Positions 38,281-51,660 are shown, counted from the stretch's first letter. The stretch: DNA of 64,000 nucleotides from Octopus sinensis (GCF_006345805.1 NC_042999.1:77190001-77254000); one strand, 5' to 3'. The notes: generated by a model from the letters alone, not told the origin. Numbers and translations are program-made.

Positions 38281-40120
38281 AGAAAATTAGGTGTAAATGA
38301 ATGGCTTGTTTCAAGAGGCTGAATTTTATGAAGCAGATGGTAACAGTAACAAGAGGCAAGATATTGAGGTAGAGAAAACCTGTCTAATCAATACAAGTAT
38401 GGAAAGAGGAGTATAAAATGATAATGATTTTTGCTTCTTTAAGATTTCTACATTAAACATATTTAATACTAACTATATTTGTTCATGTGGATGGCGTCCA
38501 CGAGTAGTTTTCCTTAGTTATTTTAGTTTGAAAGTATTGAATTCTGCAATAAAGAATATAATTAAATAACAGTTTCGTTTGAAAAATAAGTAATGCACAA
38601 GTTATGTTTAATGTTAATAAGGACCAATTGAGTCAAAATGGACTAAAATTCTAAGAGTACATAACATCTTTAACAATATACCCAGTTATTGGTATAAATC
38701 AGAAATTTACTGCATAATCTTATGAAATCAGGCTGTGTTCTTATAGTTCCATTCACATCTTTGATACTTTATAGGAGTATCCCAATTTTTAGTGCATCTG
38801 TCTTCTGCCCATTACTCGGTTTAATTTATTCGAACTGCTAAAAATAAGTCAAATCTCTCCAAAATTACAGTTAATATATAGTTCAACACCTGGTCAACAA
38901 AACAAAAAAAAAAGTCAAATTTTTGTTTTCTACACATTTTTAAAATCCTATTAGACTGTTTTTTGTTTTGGTGACTGGGGGTTAAACTATACACTAACCA
39001 AAATTACATGCTACCGCTTCAACGAATATATTGGGCAAGCTCGGTGTACATTATACGAAGGACAAGGTAGTTATGGCTGAAATGCTTAATCAGAGCCGAC
39101 TAAAATCTAAACAGAATCTCCTTGGTTTGCCAGAAAGCTGTTTAGACTTAAGTCGGTAGGAAGAAATGTATTAAATGGCAGATCAAAGGCTTACAGGCCA
39201 TGGGAAGCAGACTTAGTTACCTACTGCTTTGAACAAGTGTTTGGTTGCAAATATTCTTTATTCAGCAAGCTATTAAACATGTGATGACAATGAATATTCG
39301 GTTAAACTAAAGCGTTAAACCCGGTCAAAGAAAAAAAAATGTAATAGGTGTAGCCCTTTAAAATACTAGTTCTAGTGTTATATGCCTAGTTGCTAATTGA
39401 AGAATTCAATGGTTTTGTTTTGAAGAAATAGAGTTTAGATTCTGACATTAAACCAGATAGTAATAATACCTATTCTCTAGTGGATAATAGTTTTAAGCAA
39501 CATATAATTTCAATGTTTTGAAATCAAACTTTGTTATTATTTGGATAATACTTTGACAGGATCCTTCGAACAGAAATATATAGAACAGATAGAAATAGAA
39601 TGTGAATTCCGAATAAAAATAGTAGATGTAATGATATGTGTATGCATTGAATAAGCTTATTGGAAGACCTAGGAAGATATAGCGAAACGTATGAGAGGGT
39701 TGAGATTACTCTTGAAAACTAGTTGTGGATATTTCATTATTTGTGGTGCCAAAATAACTGAATAATCTTTTGTTTAGTGCTAATTTTAAAACGGTTACAC
39801 AAATATAATCAATCTTTTATCTATCTGGATAAATTTGCGAATGGTAATAAAGTCTGTGGAAGAACAAAAAAGAAAAACATTTATGTTTGTGTTTATAAAT
39901 TATAAAAAATTGCAAAATAAAATGAAACACGTTGTTAAAAAACGTGAACGGAACCATTACACATGAGATTCGTAGCTAAGCGAAGCCATTTGGCAAGTTA
40001 TAGAGATCAAAAGGCGATAAAATAAATCAACCCAAATTATAATTAACTACGAAACTTACTTAAAATGTTAATTTATATTGTTGAAACGGATTATAAACAA
40101 ATATTTTCTTAAAAACTTAC

Positions 40121-40144
40121 GTTTCCTTTCCTTCCCATAGCCAT
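40121..40144 (-). CDS. SF3B6: SF3B6 coding exon 1 (24 nt)
   Basis: CAAC ATG GCT ATG GGA AGG AAA GGA AAC|GTAAG gives MAMGRKGN, comparable to human MAMQAAKRAN. Phase 0 joins exon 2; total CDS 375 nt = 124 aa + stop. Confidence 0.92.
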
Positions 40145-40532
40145 GTTGCCGGTTGTTAGTTGACATTCACTAAACTATTATGAAACCTCGTCAACTCTCC
40201 AAGTCTCGTTTACTAAGTAAGACAACAATTTTAAAATCTTTATTATTTTTGTTTAATCATATAGCGATTGCTATTTAAAATTAAAATGTTGTGATACATT
40301 TTAATTAAAATAAATTTAATTATCTTTATAAACTCTCGTCATAATTCCCCCTGTTCACCAAGTTGCATGTGTGTGTTGGCTTTCACCTGGCCGCCATCGC
40401 AGACGAAAATTACCGCAGACGTAGAATAAACTTTCATAGTGTCCGGACAGGAAGAAAATAACATTAAGCACAAAAAAAGAAGAAAAATCATTCAAAAATA
40501 TTTAAAATTAATTTCTTTTTCAAAATTTAAAA
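40145..40532. promoter_or_regulatory. Bidirectional promoter and 5'UTR interval between divergent ATGs
   Basis: 388 bp between the SF3B6 ATG (-) and an ATG exon (+). CpG-rich; contains a YY1-like GGCCGCCAT at 40389-40397. Confidence 0.7.
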
Positions 40533-40584
40533 ATGTCTGTACCTTCTAAAGACGATGAAATGTTTAGCCCGGAGAGTCCGAAGG
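40533..40584 (+). CDS. First coding exon of an unidentified gene (52 nt, phase 1)
   Basis: AAAA ATG context; MSVPSKDDEMFSPESPK+G; consensus donor AAGG|GTGAGT; lies in the CpG-rich promoter zone. Confidence 0.7.
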
Positions 40585-42964
40585 GTGAGTAGTTATATAT
40601 ATATGTATACATTTTTTTTAATGTTTCTAATGCTTGAAAAGTTGCGTGTTTACCTTTTTTGAGAAATGACGTGTTACTCGTCACAAAGTTTTTGGTCGCG
40701 TCTGTATTTTTCTTGTCAACAGAATTATATGGCTACCCCAGGTCCTTTTAATCAATCACGATTTTCTAATTAGAAACACTTTGTAAATAAGCAAAGTTTT
40801 CTTTCTTTTATTTAAAAAGTAGTTTTTACTTTGTAATGTCATAGGGCGGTGGTGGTAACCAGGGGCCCAAGTGTCCCAGACCAGATTTTACTAATAAAAG
40901 TTCACAAAACTTTCATAAGTTTGTGTACTGAGAAGAAAAGTGTATTTTAATGTTTGGGATAAGGAGGAACCATGCCAGAAATTTAGTTTCGCCCCTCCTA
41001 ATTTCAAATCCCATTGAAGTTTTCCTTTCAATGCACCGAGATCGATAAAATAAGTACCTGTAATACTGCTAGTATATTGAAATCGATCGACTACTTCTAC
41101 TCCCTAGCTTATTCTAAATTAAAATAATTTTTTTATCAATGTTTATACATTTTGCAAAACATTTTTCTAATGTAAACATGAAAGAAAAATGTTTAAATAA
41201 GCTACAAACTTTTACATGTGTTGGCCACTTCATCTGAATAGTTATTGTGGAATATTCTGTTTCGATTTGAAATCTGCACTCTATGTAGATATGTGTACAT
41301 TGTGTCTAGGAAAAAAAGATACAAATGCACTTATTATATTTTCTTTATTTTCACCACCTTTTTTTAAATATGTCCTTTTTGAAAGTTAAAAAAAAAGGTA
41401 ACATACCAGCTGTTACGTTAAATATAATTTAATTTTTGTTTTCAGATTTTGAGTTAATGTTTAAAGTTATTGAGTGTTTCAATATATGTAATATATTTAT
41501 TTGAAAGTGTTGATAACTTAAATTTAACCCCTGAATGTAATCATTGCACATATCCCTAGATATCTAATGTGGCAGCAATTCCTTACATTAAAACAAGTCA
41601 ACAATGGATCTTTTACGTGGGTGCTCGGCCTGCTAATAATAGCAGCCAAATCTTCAGATCACACCTTACTGTCTTAAAAATGAAATAATACATTGAATGA
41701 CAGTCATAGATAGTTAGTTACTATATCACAGAGAAAATGACAGAATACTTGAAGCTGAAACGCCTTTTATTATAGGTCACTTCGATCGGGGTTGATCTGA
41801 GGCGACCCAGCAGGCAACATGAATCCGATTGTTCATGTCTTCAACGTAGTTGCTTCGCTGTCATTCGACCTTTTAGAAATAGCAGCCAAATATCCCTTAA
41901 GTCCCTCACAACCATATTTAAAAAAGTGAATGACACTGGATAATATATAATCTTAATTATATTATGTTTGAAAGAAAGAAAAAAAAAAGAGTGGACGAAA
42001 CGGAATGGACACGGCTGTTACTTCTTTGATCACAGTTGTGCTCATACAAGGCTGACTTGGGACTATACAAACAACTGTTATTTAGATACCTGACTGAATT
42101 TTTTTTTTTTTTTTTGCATTCGTACATGTATTTACAGTTTTATCACATACACATGCACGCCTGCGCATATGTGAAGGCCAAGCAGGCTGAAATATGTACT
42201 CTACAAAAAGTATTGAGTTATCCTTCAGTTAAATGTAAAATCGTTTTTGTCATAACTCGGCCCAAACTTTGATTGTTTTACACATTTTATTGTCATTGTG
42301 CGATTGTCTTGATTTGAATTTCCCCTGAGTTTCTGTTTAACTTGGTCCCAGTGTCTCATCTTTAAATGAAAAGCTATTTCGTTCAGATTATTCGTGTATT
42401 CACAAACAAGCTGTTGCGGTTTTCAGAAACGTGAAACTCGGAGTATCGGTTTAGGAAATTTTCAGTTTCCAATAAATTTAATAAAACTCTACATCTTGTA
42501 TTGGGTACACTCTTTTCTTCTTTTTAGCACAATTTTTTCTTGTATCAACACACTTACATATAGTTTGTGCTCTTGTGTGAGACACACCTTCAGAGAACTT
42601 TCATGCTGAAGTCTATATGATAAATTGCATTATTTTCACGCCCAGTCATCACCATTCTTGAAGTCGCTAGACAGGTTTCTTTCTTTTTTTTTTATGTCTT
42701 AAAAAAAAGGTAATATCCATGGTCTCTTTACTCTGTCCTACATTGTTATTTAGGATTTGCGATCTATCTGTCTGTAAAATTTTTGAAGCTTAGTTGTTGG
42801 GGAGAAATCGTAGCCCACCCAATTACAAACATCAAATAGATAGTATTTGTATATATTGGACTAATTTCCGAATTAAACTAGTTTGTTCCTCTTGAAATTA
42901 TGTTAGCATAAAGAAAAGTAGAGTAAAGATTTTAAAATATTATGCTTAATATATATATATATAT

Positions 42965-43364
42965 AGGCGCAGGAGTGGGTGTGTGGTAAGTAGCTTGTTT
43001 ACCAACCACATGGTTCTGGGTTCAGTAGTGGCACCTTGGGCAAGTGTCTTCTACTATAGCCTCGGGCCGACCAAAGCCTTGTGAGTGGATTTGGTAGACG
43101 GAAACCGAAAAGAAGCCCGTCGTATATATGTATATGTATATATATATATGTGTGTGTGTCTGTGTTTGTCCCCCTAGCATTGCTTCACAACCGATGCTGG
43201 TGTGTTTATGTCTCCGTTACTTAGCGGTTCGGCAAAAGAGACCGATAGAATAAGTACTGGGCTTACAAAAGAATAAGTCCCGGGGTCGAGTTGCTCGATT
43301 AAAGGCGGTGCTCCAGCATGGCCGCAGTCAAATGACTGAAACAAGTAAAAGAGTAAAAAAGAGT
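42965..43364 (+). mobile_element. tRNA-headed SINE, family A (CpG-intact copy)
   Basis: Near full-length with internal (TA)/(TG)n and GTAAAAGA tail. Other copies at about 45470-45815 (+), 49430-49850 (-), 55193-55572 (+), 58185-58515 (+), 58965-59370 (-), 61915-62120 (+), 14860-15016 (+) and 12180-12365 (-). Confidence 0.9.
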
Positions 43365-43380
43365 ATATATATATATATAT

Positions 43381-43411
<31 letters not shown>

Positions 43412-46174
43412 CGCACACACACATTTACTGTTCATTTATGAGGAAAAAAGAAACAAATAAAACACTGCTTTGAGAAAACTTACTATTTATTATAAAAGAT
43501 TTCAAAGTTAGGTAAGAGTAAAAAACCCAAACAAGCTCTGTGTCTCACTCACAAATTATGACAACAAACTTTGAAAACATTTTTCTAATTTATTGATTAT
43601 ATTTGTACAATTTATATTGCTAAGATGAGTAATTTTCACTGAGAAGATTTTACACACCCACAATTAGAGGACAATTTGATTCATCTGGAATCAAATTCTG
43701 TATGAATATCTAGCTTTATATACATATATCTTTAGATGTATAGCTACTTTATTTTAGTCAGTTGCCTCTTTGAACTGAAAGATATTTGGGTATATAATCA
43801 CCAAAATAAATTTAATGTATATCAAATAAAAACCAGTGTTCAAAAACTTAATTGTTCATTTAAAATTGATTTGGATTTTAACTAAACTATTTCGAAAAAC
43901 AACTTTTCAGTTTTAGAACTTGGACATGAGTTGAAATTATATGGATTCTACGTGTGAGCACTTTTGAATAGTGATTTATTTTGGTGAGCAAAGTCCATGC
44001 TTGTGATTTATTGCTAAAGAATGGCATGAACAGCATAGCTTTTTATCATCTTCCTTGACATCAATAAGATGTAGATAAATGTATTTATTATTAGCAAGTT
44101 TTTCACAGTTGTATCTATAATTTTACTGATAAATTTAATGGGTTAGATGTGATGTGAGAAATGGGTTGGCAGAAAATAGACCATGGACTAATTAGAGAGT
44201 CTCTAATTTAGAGACAGATATTACAAGCAAACATTTGTAGCCTGAATAGCTATTAATGTTATACAAGGCATATGTCCACCATAACTCAGTGTAGTACTCC
44301 TACATATGGCACAGCTGTTTAACAAGAAAACTTTTACTTCACTATCATTCTATGTTATCATGAATTGTGTCCCGTACTCAGTAGACCCTGTAGTAAAACC
44401 ATAACTAACTCTTCTTCCCAGTACTATATAACCTTGTGACATGCCTTAATTCTAAGGCTTTCTTTGAAAATTTAAATGGACATTAATTAAATTAACCTCA
44501 CTCAGTTTGATTCCTAAAGTTCAGAGTAGATACATGTGAAAAGACTATTGCCACTATTGTTTGTTCAGTGTAACTAATAATGATGAGATGATGATGGTGA
44601 TAATGATGATTTCTTACATTGGCACAAAACCACATGTTTGTACAGTCTATTGAAACATTCCTTAGGCAATATATGGTACTTATATTGAACTTGGCTAGAC
44701 AAAAAGCTAAGTCTTACAGGATTTGGACTAAGTTAAATGTTAAAAGAAAAACAACAACTTTGTAATCATGCTAAAGTAGAAAAATTATAACTTTTGCTAA
44801 TCCTGTTCAATGATATTCAGTAGTAACATTTTACTGGGTTAATAAAATATTTTTGCAGTTATTTATGTTCTTGTATATTATATTTGTCTAACTTGATCAG
44901 ATATTAAGTTTTTACTTGATTATTTTCATTACTTTGTCAAAATTCTAATTTTTTTTTTTAAACATTTTCATTTTAAAATTTGATGGTAAATATTCTGGGT
45001 AAGAATTATTACTTATATACTATCCTGAATGAAGTTAGGACTTTTACAGTGTAAAGTATTCTGTTAATCTGTTCCGTTTATTAAACATTTGTCTGTATAA
45101 AATTAATCAGTACATTTCAAATATTCTTTATACTACTTACTCATATACATTCCTAAAGTATTCTTTTCCAAATAATTTATAACTCCATTCTGTTCATTCA
45201 CAAAAATTCTATATACTTTTCTAATCATCAGTGATCTCTAACAACATTGAAATATATACTAAGTACTACTAAAAAGTCAAATATTCTCTCCTACATTCTG
45301 TATTACATTCTAAGTAAAGTTAACAGTCTTTGTATATTTTTGTATGACTAACGGGTCTTTCACATTGCATTCATTTTAGTTTCAGCACAGTCTCAGATCA
45401 AATCACCTGACAAGTTCATCTCCAACATTTCTTTATTAGCTTTTAACAAAAATTCAGTATTGCTTCCCTCTAGGTGCAGGCGTAGCTGTGTGCTAAGAAG
45501 CTTGCTTCCCAACCACATGATTCTGGGTTCAGTCACACTGCATGGCACCTTAGGCCAGTGTCTTCTACTATAACCTGAGGCCAACCAAAGCCTTATGAGT
45601 GGATTTGAGAGATGGAAACTGAAAGAAGCCCATCATGTGTGTGTGTGTGTGTGCATCAGTGCTTGTCCCCCAATACCACTTGACAACCGGAGACTGATAG
45701 AATAAGTACCAGGCTTTGAAAAAAAAAGAGTTCTAGAGTCAATTTATTTGGCTTAAAGTTCTTCAAGGCAGTGCTCCAGCATGGCCACAGTCTAATGACT
45801 GAAACTGATAACACCACACACACACAATCAGAATTAGTTATTTAGAAAATGATTGCTTTCATTCCTAAAGGTGCAGTTTTAATTTATCAAAATTTCTTGG
45901 CTCACTACATCATGTATGGTAGATAATGTACCCTGTTTACCATTAGGTCCTTTTATTATTATCAATGACACATTGTGTGGATTTCTAAGTTTCTGGATGA
46001 TTGCATTATTTTAAGGTAAAAATAATGAATAACGAGACATGTGAGAACAGTTACTATGGACATATGAATTGATCTCCTTTTCTTCTTAGCTACTTGAGTT
46101 GAGAATTGTACCAGCAGGTTTTGATCAATATTTAGTGGACATAATTTAACCTATGTGTCTTCTTTCCCATGTCC

Positions 46175-46216
<42 letters not shown>

Positions 46217-46597
46217 TGCAGACAGAAAGCATTAACTCTACTACTTGTTGCTAGCGTTTAGAATTAATTTGTTAATGCTATTTCTTAAAGAAGCTATTGT
46301 TCAGAATGCTCTACTAAACTATAGATACATGTACATAAAAAAAAATATTTAAATTGATGTGCTATGCAACTGATTGATGCCTTTTATTTGAAATTGTAAA
46401 CAATATATCCGTTTTAATGCATTGAAACTTAAAGAATTCCTCAGCATCTCTGAAACAGTTTAGCTTAAATGAATTGAATATATATTATTATTACCTTGAA
46501 ATTCATATTGATAATGATTGTAAGTATTTGACACAGTTGGTAATTTAGGTTACAATGAAAACGTGAACTGGGCTTTTCTTTTTATTATTTTCCTTTC

Positions 46598-46878
46598 AAG
46601 TGTTGGGCCTCATGGAGGCAATGACTGAGAACTTTGGCATTATGTCATGCTTGAGAAGAAGACCCATCAAGCCAAGCAAAATTGTAGTTGTGACAGATAC
46701 TGGTGTCATGCAAATAGCACCCATGCTTGTGGCATGTAAAAGCACTCATTACACTCTCAGAGTGGATGGTGTTAGGAAGGGCATCTAGCCATAGAAAACC
46801 ATGCCAAATCAGCTTACCAGTCCTGGTCAAACCGTCCAACCCATGCCAGCATGGACAATGGACGTTAAATGATGATGA
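46598..46878 (+). mobile_element. 5'-truncated RTE copy (ORF2 end + shortened 3'UTR)
   Basis: LGLMEAMT.. ORF end and GGACGTTAAATGATGATGA tail. Confidence 0.8.
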
Positions 46879-47809
46879 ATACATTCTTTTATTTTATATT
46901 TATTTTTCCTATATGATATAATGGAACAATGCTTTGTGGTCTAAATATTTTATTTAAATAGCTAATATTTTTCATGTAAAGTAGTCTATTTTGTTTATTT
47001 TATATATTTACTAGTTTTCATCAGAAAACAGTTTCTTGTTATAACTTTTCCAGAAAATTACTTAATGTGAATACAGGAATGATGAGTGTTTAGCCTATAA
47101 AATGTCTCCAGTTCCTAGTATTTATCTGCTTAACTTCACTAACATTACTGACTGTTTTGAGGAAAGGGAATGATGCACATCCTTTTTTTTTCTTTTTTCC
47201 CTTTTTTTTTGTATAAATATATCTCCTTGTTCCATCAAAAGGTGTATTTACAAATACTGCACCAATGTTTAAACACTGTGTCTCATAAAACAGAATCATT
47301 CCTAAATTTCATTTTAAAGAAAAGATTTGACTCTTTTTACCTCTGGTAGAAACTGAATATCTAAGAATAGTCAAAAAATGAAACCCAATACCATCAGCAC
47401 TGTAAGAAAAAACATCCAATCCACCCTACAAAAACACCTTTAAAATGTTTCAATAATGAGTTAAGGGCTAGATACACCTCTTTAGAAATGTTTAATACAT
47501 GGCAAAATTAAACCGTTAAAACATTTTATAGTTTTATTTCCTCATCAGTTATGTTTGATAAAATGTAGACATTTGTATGATGTTTTGGATGAGGTGTTTT
47601 ACTCTTTGCTAATAGCAGTAGAAAAGCAAAATATTAAACTGGTGATGATGTTAGACCCAAGTAGAATTAATATTTTATCCTAAGACACTTATCATATATG
47701 TTTTAATTCAATGTACCACAAATAAAAAAATCTTTTAATTACTACTATTGTAATTCTGTGATTGTTTTCAGTTATCCATTTTGTTCATAAGATTTTATAG
47801 CACTAACAC

Positions 47810-48036
47810 TTAACCCTTTAGTGTTCAGATTATTCTATCAAACATAATGCTTATTGATTCACATTGATTTGAATTAATCATGCATTATCTCATATCTTCA
47901 AGATCTTGATGGTGTAATTACTTAATGTAGAATAACATTGTAGGGTAGATGTGAGAGCCTGGATCTGGTCAGTTTGAACATAAAACAGATTAACTATTTT
48001 GGCCAGATATGGCCGGTTTAAATACTAAAGGGTTAA
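47810..48036 (-). mobile_element. TTAA-flanked piggyBac-like MITE, family 1 (219 bp core)
   Basis: TTAA|CCCTTTAGT ... ACTAAAGGG|TTAA; near-identical reverse complement of 24750-24976. Confidence 0.9.
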
Positions 48037-50030
48037 GCCATGTCTTGTGTAAATTGTACTGCAATTCATTGAATTTTTCATCAGATTTTCAGTGATGGCA
48101 AAGATTGGATTATAAATTTGTACATCCAGTATATATTCGATAAAAAAGTATTTATGGCTTAGTGCACTTCTATCATAAAATGTGCTAAAATGCTTTTTAG
48201 TCAATCTAAATAATTTGTGCAGACCTTTAGTACAATTTTGAGAAGTCGTGTTTCAGTAAATATGTTTAATAGTGCTAGCATGGAACAAGGACGTTAAATG
48301 ATGATGATGAAGACTAAAATTGCTATCAGTTCAGTATTTATTTAATTATTTTTGAGGAAGCATTTTATAATCTGAATGCTTGATTGAATTTATTACATAA
48401 TATGAAAATTTGGTAATTTGAGAAGTGTAAACATGATTCTTCTTTTCAATAGAAGAAATTTATGGGTGTACATTCAGTTTTTTTCAACAGCACACTGAAT
48501 GTTATTATCGCCTATAATTTAGCAATAAATTAGCAATCCTGATAACTCATTAATGTAATGTAGGATATAATAATTTAAGGATATAATTTCTTATTCTGCT
48601 AATTTGTGGTGAAATATAGTGAGTTTTCAAGTGCCCTAGTTAGTAGAACAATACTACTCCTGATAAGTTTAGGAACTTGTATACTTTGAAAGTAACTTCA
48701 GCAATGTAACAGAATACTTTATTTGGTCTATTTTTGCTTAGCTCTTAATGTTTAAACATTTGGCCACAGACATATGTTTCTAAATATATATGTGTGTGTG
48801 TGTGTGTGTGTGAAGAGCAGAAAAAACAGTAGCTTTTGGTTTTATGAAAAGACTGTCCAGAACATAACTATTTAGTTAGATAGTAAATTAAATATAAATA
48901 GGTTATTTATATTTATGTTACTTTTATGAATTTTATGAACAGTGTCATTGGTTATAGACATTCAATGAACCAATCGTATGCTTATTGCATTTCTGATGGT
49001 ATGAGTGACAAGAAAGTGACAATGCAACCTGTGTGCAATAAATGCCACAAGGAATATTTTTTAATGCATCAATTTATTGGTGAAGTGTGTGAGTGTGTGT
49101 AGCTAAATTTAAAACTGGGACTTGTTATTTCCAGTCAGGAAATCTAGGACAAACAACTGGACACATTAAAATGACAGAGGGTCAGCAAATAGGTAACTGC
49201 CAAAGTTTTTCAAGTGCTCATTAAATCAGTTGATGACAGCAACATGAAACTGACCAGTCAAGGTTGTTAACTGTGAATCAATCAAGCTTTGATATAAGCC
49301 CCTTCATCAAGACAGCAAGCCAAGAAGAGGAATGGATGTAATGAAGCATTGAGTCCTTCAACTATCAACATTTTGTTTTTACAGCTAGACTCCTCAACAA
49401 AGAGATTCTGAAACATGAACTACCTGCAACCCACATCCATTATCTCTCATCTTTTACTTGTTTCAGCCATTAGACAGCTGCCATGCTAGGGTACCACCTT
49501 GAAGAGTTTTCGTCGAACCAATCAACCCCAATATTTATTTTTAAAGCTTGCTGCTTATTCTATCAGCTTTTGCTGAACCGTCAAGTTATAGGGACATAAA
49601 CAAACCGAGACTGGTTATCAAGTGGTGGTGGAGACCAAACACAGAGACACACACACACTCATAGGTGTGTGCATGCACACAGACACACATGACGAGTTTC
49701 ATTCAGTTTCTGTCTCTCAAATCCACTCACAAGATTATGTTGCCCCAGAGCCATAGTAGAAGACACTTGCCTAAAGTGCCATGTTGTGGGGCTGAACCTG
49801 GAACCATGTGGCTGGAAAGCAAACTTCTTTCCACACAGCCATGATTGCACTTATGCTCTGATTATCATAATTTGTTTGGTTATATGAAATTAGCTACAAT
49901 TTTTGACCAACCATATTTAAAAAAAAACAATCAACATCATTTTATATATGTATAAAAAAAAAACCTGTCCTTTTTCTGTTGATTTGCCTGACTGTCATGT
50001 TCAATGTCATGTTATTAACAATATGCACAA

Positions 50031-50482
50031 GGCAGCGAGTTGGCAGAAACATTAGCACGCAGAGCGAATTGCTTTGCAGTATTTTGTCTGCCATTACGTT
50101 CTGAGTTCAAATTCTGCCGAGGTCAACCTTGTCTTTCAACTTTTCAGGGTCAGTTAAATAAGTACCAGTTACAAACTGGGGTTGATGTAATTGATTTAAT
50201 CCCTTTGTTTGTCCCCTCTATGTTTAGCCTCCTGTAGGCAATAAAGAAATAAATATACACAATCTATAGGGTGGTGAGCTGGCAGAAATGTTAGCAGGCC
50301 AGGCGAAATGCTTAGCGGTATTTCATCTGCCTTTACATTCTGAGTTCAAATTCCTCTGAGATCAACTTTGCCTTTCATCCTTTCGGGGTTGATAAATTAA
50401 GTACCAGTTGTGTACTGGGGTTGATCTAATCAACTGGCCCCCTCCCGATAAATTCCGTGCCTTGTGCTTAGAGTAGAAAAGG
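50031..50482 (+). mobile_element. Two tandem family B SINEs
   Basis: Copies at 50031-50252 and 50266-50482. Another + copy lies at 56670-56885. Confidence 0.85.
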
Positions 50483-50619
50483 ATATACATACTAACAATC
50501 TTACAGGGCACATTTGCCTCCTTTCTTTCTAACCATTACAAGTATTTTGCATTCATTACAATACAGCATAGCAGTTCTAACATAAGTATCATACAATCTA
50601 CCCTTCACACTGACAAAAA

Positions 50620-51660
50620 AAAAATACCTTCATTGCCAGCAGAGGTAGTAACTCCCTGAATTTTCTACAACCTGTTCTTATATTGGTTTCTATGGTTTAA
50701 GAACAACCACCTCCCTTGCTAATATCACCTATGTTACAGAAATGATTGACTACTTCCATTGAACCAACTAAGCATTTGAGAAAGTGCTTTTGGTGCATAT
50801 TACTCCAGTGTATCTGCCACATGCAGAATATGCCTTCTCTGTTAGTATACCTGTGATCCCACTATATCTCTTGGATGTCCATAACTTACACTGAGTACAG
50901 CATATAGAGTTTGTAGCTACTCCTTTTCTGCAATTTAAACATGGCCAATTTCTTGATGGGAATAGCCTTGTTCAAGATTCCATCTTCTTTCCTACTTATT
51001 AACTCATAAGTTTTTGCTAAGTTTACCTTAATGCCTTTCAATTCAAGGTTTTGTTTCCATGCTTGAAATTTTGTCTCTAATTCCAGTATAGATTTAATTA
51101 TATGAATTAAATCAATGACATATAGGAGTTCCCTTTAACAGATAGTCTTAAACTCCTCTGTGATGGCCTGTAAGACTATGATGAGTAAGAGAGGGCTGAG
51201 GACTCTACCTTGATGCCCCATCCCACATCACACATACATTAAATTCGTTGCTGAACCCATTATTGACTCTCACCTTATAACTTACTTCACCTTTGTACAT
51301 AGCATGAACAACCCTCACAAACTACTCATCTACACCTGGTTCCCTTAGTGACCACCAGATTACTGATTGTAGTACTCTATCAAAAGCATTCTTCAAGTCA
51401 ATGAATGTTAGATACAGTGGTTTACACTTTGTCAAATATTTCTCTTGCAGTTGTCTTACTACAAAGATTATATCTGTGGTACTTCTTCCAGGTACAAAGC
51501 CAAATTGCATCTTATCTAGAATAACTATTTGATCAGTTGTGCTCTGACTCTCTCTGACTTTCATAGTCACAAAGAGAGACATCCAACAGATTGATGCTTC
51601 TATAATTTCTTCTCTCTGAAGCACCCCCTTTGCTTTACAATGATACTGCAATGCCAGTTA
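50620..51660 (-). mobile_element. Decayed RTE LINE RT fragment
   Basis: ORF 51322..51651 has LDKMQFGFVPGRSTTDIIFVVRQLQEKYL..FIDLKNAFDRV; homologous to 35300-36100. Confidence 0.85.

Noticed and set aside
39100-39290. Open frame TESPWFARKLFRLKSVGRNVLNGRSK.. in SF3B6 intron 1
   Set aside because: No start or splice support; only a vague similarity to tyrosine-recombinase elements
48943-49090. About 50-codon open frame with a CxxC (VCNKCHKEY)
   Set aside because: Phase does not fit the 40584 donor, the splice sites are weak, and the length is reachable by chance
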